NCBI RefSeq assembly: GCF_009914755.1
Contig: NC_060929.1
Reading direction: 5' to 3' (one strand)
Length of the DNA: 64,000 nt
DNA from: the human T2T-CHM13v2.0 reference genome, Homo sapiens
Both the position numbers and the translations under genes were made by a program. A model generated the notes under the pieces. That model did no database searches. It saw nothing but the letters and a program-made list of their open reading frames with translations, and was not told where the DNA came from. Positions 56,087-64,000 of the stretch are shown one piece after another (within the stretch, counting starts at the first letter, position 1; each line of letters begins with the position of its first letter).

Positions 56087-56803
56087 TAGTAATGGTCTCC
56101 AACTAGGGGACAAAATCCCCCAGGGACATTTAGAAATGTCTGGAGACCTCCTCCTCCCCCTCCCCTCCCTCCCCCTCCCCTCCCCTCCCACCCCCTCCCC
56201 CTCCCCTCCCTCCCCCTCCCCTCCCCTCCCACCCCCTCCCCCTCCCCTCCCTCCCCCTCCCCTCCCTTCCTCTCCCCTCCCTTCCCCTTCCCTCCCCTCC
56301 CCTCCCTTCCCTTTCCTTCCCCTCCCCTCCCCTCCCTTCCCTTCCCTTCATTTTTTTTTTTTTTTTTTGACAGAGTCTCACTCTGTCATCCAGGCTGGAG
56401 TACAGTGGCATGATCTCAGCTCACTGCAACCCACCTCCTGGGTTCAAGTGATTCTCCTGCCTCAGCCTCCTAAGTAGCTGGGATTACAGGTGGCTGCCAT
56501 CAAGCCTGGCTAATTTTTGTATTTTCAGTAGAGACGGTGTTTCTTTATGTTGGACAGGCTAGTCTGGAACTCCCGACCTCAAGTGATCCACCCGCCTCGG
56601 CCTCCCAAAGTGTTGGAATTAAAGGCATGAGCCACTACGCTCAGCCTGGAGACACTTTTCATTGTGACAGGAGAGGTACTGCTGGCATCTGATGGGTAGA
56701 GGCCAGGGATTGTGCTAATTGTCCTATGATACAGAGGACAGCCCCCCACAACAAAGAATAATCCTGCTCCAAATGTCAACAATGTGGAGGGTGAGAAACC
56801 CTG
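56087..56803. mobile_element. MER20 DNA transposon interrupted by Alu (56351-56646, -) and a (CCCCT)n tract
   Basis: ccccagggacatttagaaatgtctggagac ... ctggcatctgatgggtagaggccaggga...ccaaatgtcaac...gagaaaccctg; tggagac is duplicated around the insertion. Confidence 0.85.
56148..56348. repeat. Polypyrimidine (CCCCT/CCCTT)n tract of about 200 bp
   Basis: Read directly from the sequence. Confidence 0.97.
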
Positions 56804-56872
56804 ATAGATAGCAGGCACGTACTAAGTATCTGTCAATGAAACTATCTCATTTCAAATCCTTAACACACGAGG

Positions 56873-57607
56873 TATAATGGAAAATAAAATGTCTCATTAC
56901 TGCTCAAATTCAAGTGAAAGTTAAGCCTGGAAACCTCCCAACACTGCTGTCCTCCTCCCCATCAACAGACAGCTGTTACTTCCCAACCTTGGATCAAAGC
57001 ATTCTACATTAACTAGACCCCTGCAAAAGGCCAAAGGCCTCATGCATCTCCATCGTGGGATGACTGCCCTCACAAATTGCTCCTAAGGAGCTTCTTTGAT
57101 GGCCCCTAAACCTTTGAAGATGAATATCCTCCCATAAACAAGGACATGTTAACTGTAACTTTAGGACTGTAACCTCAGTCTAACTCCTTGTCTGCTACTG
57201 ATGTCTGTTAAATGTCACATTGATGATGTCCATCCATTACAAGCTTATCTTCTCACATGCCAAACAAAGACAGGATAAGATTAATCCTTCCTCTCCTACC
57301 CTGAGACATCTAATTAATTCTTCTTTTACTCCCTCTTTTGAATGTTTACCTTATCTTCTGTATAGCATAGATATACTGGGCTCTAATTTAAACCTCACAG
57401 GAATTTAACTAACTGCCTCAAGGCCTACTGCACTTTTTCCTGCATGCTTTTTCCCCTTTTAAAGAAATATATAAACACGAGCCTCCTGGAACCTCTCCAG
57501 GGAGCACAGGCCACAGACATTTCTGTGTTTTCCAGAGCATGCCCTCAAGCTCTGGCTCAATAAACCTCCACTGGTAGAGATGGTTCAGTCTCTCCATTGG
57601 ATTGACA
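56873..57607 (+). mobile_element. ERV1-type solo LTR (MER39/MER34-like)
   Basis: Begins taatggaaaataaaa...gaaagttaagc, has AATAAA at about 57559 and ends attgaca. Confidence 0.6.
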
Positions 57608-57627
57608 AGGTAACTATTTTTCTGTCC

Positions 57628-57911
57628 ATTTTTTTTTTCTTTTGAGACAGGGTCTCACTCTGTCACCCAGGCTGGGGGGCAGTGGCATGATCTCAGCTCA
57701 CTGCAACCTCCACCTCCCCAGTTCAAGTGATCCTCCCACCTCAGCCTCAAGAGTAGGCACGCATCACCATGCCAGCTAATTTTTGTGTTTTTAGTAGAGA
57801 CAGGTTTCACCATGTTGGCCAGGCTGGTCTTGAACTCCTGACCTCAAGTGATCCACCTGCCTCGGCCTCCTAAAGTGCTGGGATTACAGGCGTGAGCCAC
57901 CGCACTTGGCC
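57628..57911 (-). mobile_element. Alu
   Basis: Reverse dimer with a small right-arm deletion. Confidence 0.92.
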
Positions 57912-58036
57912 TGTCTCCATTTTTGATGAGGAACCAGAAGCTCAGAGAGGTTATGACTATTGCTGATGGTCACACCGCATGGACCCAAGAATCAAACCCA
58001 ACTCTCTCTTTGAACTCCTTCAAGATTCTCCCCCTT

Positions 58037-58850
<814 letters not shown>

Positions 58851-59529
58851 GATTCTCCCCCTGCCTCCTGCTTTTTAAGGTCCTTCTGAGCAGGCTCCTA
58901 AGGTCCTCCCATCCTTGAATCTGTGCTTCACAGCACTTAAAGCTGTGGTGGTTTAGTTGCTAGCTCACGTGTTTATGTTTCCCCTGTTAAGCTAAACTCC
59001 ACTAGGGCAGTGACCATGCCTGATCCCCAGCTGTGTCCCCAGCACAGCACAGTACCTACGAGGTGGTCAACACACTTCTGTTGAATGAACGGAAGAATCA
59101 CTCCTCAAAAGGAAGAAAATTATGTCAAGAAAATAGCTGGCAGAGCCAGGATTTAAGTCTGAGGACTCCCTGACTTTGAAGCTTATCCCATTTTCTCTGT
59201 GGTCAGTTATTGTCACTCAAACTTCTGTCCCGGATCCTCTTAATTAATGTCCTTTCTGATGCTGCACAGGTTAGTCTTGGCCTCCATCCGTGCCACATCC
59301 TTTGCTCTCGCCTTCTACAGTCCTCCTTCCTGTCACTCATTTCAAGCTCCGCCCTCACGCTGCCTACTTTTCATGCTCAGCGCCCTCTAGGCCCCACTCC
59401 TCTCCGTATACAATACCTTCTAGCCCGTACCCATCACTCATTCTGCAGATCCCGCTCCCTCCCTCCCATGTGCAGCCTTTTCCAGGCCTGCGCCTCTCAC
59501 TTCCTGTTGAGGCCTTGCCTTTTTCTTAC

Positions 59530-59634
59530 CCGGGTCTGGGGTAGCCCCCACTCCAGAAGTGCACAGCCGCTGGTTGGGGCATCCCTGACATGAAGCACCT
59601 TGGCCTCCCTGGGCACTGAGGGCCCCTGGAAAGT
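59530..59634 (-). pseudogene. NUBP1: NUBP1-like exon 2 (105 bp, Cys-rich N-terminal Fe-S motif)
   Basis: Acceptor tctctgtgcAG (59636-59635) and donor GTaaga (59529-59528). The frame is open and encodes ...SCQGCPNQRLC...; the first motif Cys reads Phe (TTT). Confidence 0.93.
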
Positions 59635-59711
59635 CTGCACAGAGACAAGACCACAGTTACAGCAGCTCGCTACAGTTTTGCCCTGCCACCCACGCCTCCT
59701 CCAGGAACTCA

Positions 59712-59765
59712 AGTGAGGCACCTTCTCCATTCTGTCGCCTTTGCTGCCTTTGTGGTCACCGGAAC
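59712..59765 (-). pseudogene. NUBP1: NUBP1-like exon 1 (5'UTR + ATG GAG AAG GTG CCT CAC); donor site degenerate
   Basis: Minus strand reads ggtgaccacaaaggcagcaaaggcgacagaATGGAGAAGGTGCCTCAC, with ATG at 59730-59728. It is followed by TTGAGT, so there is no GT at the expected phase-1 donor position. Confidence 0.85.
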
Positions 59766-59880
59766 TGCTGTCGTGCATTTCCGCCTTGCAGGTACAATCC
59801 GATTCTCCGGTGCAAAATAAGTCTCCAAAAGAGAGGGCTGTGGGCACGCGTGAACCTTGGGCGGAGCGACTGGGACTCAC
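59731..59880 (-). promoter_or_regulatory. Remnant of the copied NUBP1 promoter/5'UTR (decayed CpG island, ETS-like motifs)
   Basis: Immediately upstream of the ATG and locally CpG-richer than the flanks. ACCGGAA occurs at 59758-59764 and GGCGGAAATG on the minus strand near 59776-59785. Confidence 0.5.
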
Positions 59881-59889
59881 TTCTGTTCC

Positions 59890-60915
59890 TTTTCAGGGAT
59901 TTCCTATCATACATACTTCGGCAGTGCATCTCCTAAGAACACAGGCATTCTTCATGACCTCAGTGTCATTTTCATACCCAAGAGATTTAATATCGATGCA
60001 GTACTATTAGTCAATAGACAGTTTATATTCCAATTTTAATTGTTCCAAATAAGACCCCTCCCACCCTAGATTCACTCATTGCCTGGAGTTACGTCTCTTT
60101 GGTCTCCTTTAATTCAGATCAGTCCTTCCTTTTTTTAGGGGGAGTCTCATCACATTGATAATTTTGACAGCTCCAGACCCGTTGTCTTATAGAATATCCC
60201 ATAATCTTGATTTGTCTGATCCTCTCCTCACTCTTGCCCCGTCATTAGATTCAGGTTAAGTATTTTTTTTTGTTTTTTTTTTTTTTCCTGCAGAACACAC
60301 TTGGATAATGTCAATTTGTCCCATTTTTGGTAATGTGAAGCTTGATGGCTTGGTAAAGGTGGTGTCTGCCCCATTTTTCCAGTGAATGGTACCCTCTGCC
60401 ATTTGTAATTAACAAGTATTCTCTGGGGTGATGCACTGAAAGACCATGTGACCATCTTCTTCCCTATCAGCCTTTCACTGAGTGATTTTAGCAGCATTGA
60501 TGTAATATATATAACTATAGATACAGTTTCATATATGATATCTATATATATATCTATATATCAGTTATATACCCTCTCTTTTTTTTCTTTCCTTTTTTTT
60601 TTGGAGTCTCACTATGGATTCCTGGATTTTTTTTTAATTTGTCTTTTATAATAAATTATTATTATGCTTTCTGGTCAATTTTTCCCCCCAAATGTGGTCA
60701 GTGAAGCCGCTTCAAGACAGTTCTTATGTTCTTTGGGCACTAATACAACTTCTTTGAGCATTTTCTTGCTTTCTGATACAATAAGATATTTCAGTCATCC
60801 CTTCTCACTGCTGCAGTCATTTCTTCGGGGAGCCTTGGTTACTTTTAGCAGACAACAGTTCAGAAACCAAGATCTGGATGCCACAACTACTCATTGCTAC
60901 TGGAATGTCATTGAT
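59890..60915 (-). mobile_element. Old L1 (L1MC4/ME-like) 3' fragment
   Basis: gtgcatctcctaagaacacaggcattct...attagattcaggttaag...agaaaccaagatctgg motifs. Confidence 0.65.
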
Positions 60916-61569
60916 CACAGGTTTGGCACCTGGAATATTAATGAGTGAACAAACTTTACCTGGCCCCAGACACTAAGAATATAGAAACATTTATTAAACT
61001 GCAATGTATCAGTTGCCTGTCAGTACTACTAATTATAGCCAGCATTTTGTAGAATACTTACTATTTGCCATCTACCATCTTCGTGCTTTCGTGTGAATTA
61101 CCTAATTTATGTCCTTTTATAGTCCTACTGTCTCCATTTTGGATGAGGAAACTGAGGCTTAAAGTAGTTAAACTACTTTCCTAAGGTCACACGACTGGTG
61201 GCAGGGGAACCATGGTGATAAAACTGGTCTGTCCGGCTGCAGAGCCTGCACTTAGTAACACATGGTCCCAGCCAGCACTGAGTTAGATTCCAGACTGACC
61301 TGCCCCCTGCCATCTGGAGCCCAATCTGGTCAGGAGAAGAAGAACAGAGTGATGGGCCATCAGCAAAGGCCTGGAGAGCAGAGAGGAAGTCACCTATCAG
61401 GTAGGGACTGTTGTCATTTCCATCTTACAGGTGATAAGACGGCTGCCAAGATTTACTTGCCCACAATCTGAGAGGCAGTAAAGAGCAGAACTGGGTTTTT
61501 AACAAGGTCTGATACAGGGCCTTGGCTCTTAATCACTATACTATACATTGGAGGGCAGGATACAAGTTA

Positions 61570-61899
<330 letters not shown>

Positions 61900-61998
61900 T
61901 GACTTGCTTAAGTTCTCACAGCCAGCAGGCTCCACTGGAACTCTTCTGACCACAGGATCTTTTTCCTCTGTCACACTTCAGAGGCTTGAGACAGGTAA

Positions 61999-62288
<290 letters not shown>

Positions 62289-62835
62289 TCAGGTACTGTG
62301 GTGCCTGGCTGAGACAGGTCCATTTTGTTCTTCCTTCCTGATGTCCCTTAAGACATTTCCTGGCGGGCTCCTCCTAGCTGTTTCCAGCAGTGACATCACT
62401 TTAGATCTCTCTTTTGTCTCTAGTCACACAGGGTTCTCCCACTCTGCACTCAGTGAGTCTTTGCACAGTGGCAGGGAAGAAATGCCTACTGTTTTTTGTA
62501 CCTTTCCCTTGCTTCTCACCCCTCCCCACAACAAGGCTATTAAAATGATCAAGTGTTCCACACAAAAAAAAAAACCCCAAGAAAATGAAGTAAACCTTCT
62601 CTCAACCTTGCTCCAGGTTTCTCCCACTGTCCCCCTCCCCCAGCCAAACCCCCATCTCACCTGGGATGGAATTTTCCATCCCTAGTATTGGGAGCAGAAG
62701 GACAGAGCCTAGATTGCAAAGCAGATTCCCAGGCCCCATCCCTGGCCTCCTGAATCAGAAACTCAGAGCTGGGCAGGAATCTGATCTGCATCTTGATGGT
62801 CTCAGCAGATGGTGATCACATCCACTAACACCTGA

Positions 62836-63169
<334 letters not shown>

Positions 63170-63519
63170 AGGACCGCTTCTTAAGGTGAGTGCTCCCCAA
63201 GACTCTGTTCTTGGGACACTTCCAGTCCCACTTCCCACTTCCTCCTGGGCAAGCAGCTGATAGCCCTGACACCATCCATCGTCTGTCTCTAGCTCCAGCA
63301 CCTCTTTCTCTGTAAGTTCAGATCTGTGTATCCTACCTTGTGCCTATTGGATTTTATTGCATGGATGTCCCACAAGCATAACAAATAAATGTCTGCAACT
63401 TTTTCTCAAGCCAGTTCCTGCCTCTGGGTTTCTTATCCCTGGAAAGGGCGTTGACCCCTGGGCTAAGAACTCAAGCCATAAATCTGAGCATCAGCCTTGC
63501 TTAGTTTTCTCCATTTTCA

Positions 63520-63930
63520 TCAGTTATCAAGTGCTGTGTAACAAGTCACCCCAATATGTAATGGTTTAAACCCACCATGGTTTATTGCTTCCTGTGACTC
63601 TTCTGGTTTCACCTGGGCTCCCTTAATGTGGCTTCATTCGACTGGGGGTTGGCTGGAAGGTCCCAAATGGCCTCACTCTCCCACTGGCCTTGATTCCCTC
63701 CTAGTGGCCTCCCTCTCTCAGTATTCAGTGGTCTAGCCTGAGTACCTTTAAATGGCAGCTGGGAATGACAAAGCTGGGAAGTGGCAGTCACTTTCACCAT
63801 ATTCTCTCCGTCAAAGCATCACAGGGGCAGCCCAAGTTCAAGGGCTGCAGACACAGACTCCACCTCTTGATGAGTGGGGTGGCATACCTATACAGGGATG
63901 GGGGGCAATGTTGTCCATAGAGATGCCCAC
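63520..63930 (-). mobile_element. Old MLT1 LTR
   Basis: tgctgtgtaacaagtcaccccaa...gtttaaac...tttattgctt, the reverse of an MLT1 3' end. Confidence 0.6.
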
Positions 63931-64000
63931 AGCACCCCCTGTATCCAATCGGACATCAGGCCAGCAGCTGCGCCCCCAGGTGGTAGACTGGTAGCACACA

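Noticed and set aside
55976-56477. Gly/Arg-rich and Pro-rich ORFs
   Set aside because: Translations of the (CCCCT)n tract.

Overview
Primate (human-like) genomic DNA dominated by interspersed repeats (Alu, MIR, L2, old L1, MaLR/ERV LTRs, MER DNA transposons). I find no intact protein-coding gene. Two structures stand out. (1) A HERV-H provirus on the minus strand (44192-50682) has both LTR7-type LTRs, a 5-bp TSD (TGGAG), a tRNA-His PBS, a PPT and an intact leader splice donor. Its gag/pro/pol genes are decayed with internal deletions, and an AluYd-type element sits next to the protease active-site region. (2) An intron-containing, 3'-truncated copy of NUBP1 lies on the minus strand (promoter remnant plus exons 1-3, about 55648-59880). 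Only exon 3 is read in frame in the ORF track. Exons 2 and 3 keep their lengths, phases and splice sites, but the exon-1 donor, the first Fe-S ligand Cys and the P-loop are mutated. This copy lies in an Alu-dense block (52-64 kb) that contrasts sharply with the Alu-poor left 52 kb, which suggests a segmental-duplication junction. The block also holds two solo LTRs nested in Alus. Repeat subfamily names and NUBP1 comparisons rest on recalled consensus and protein sequences, not on database searches.
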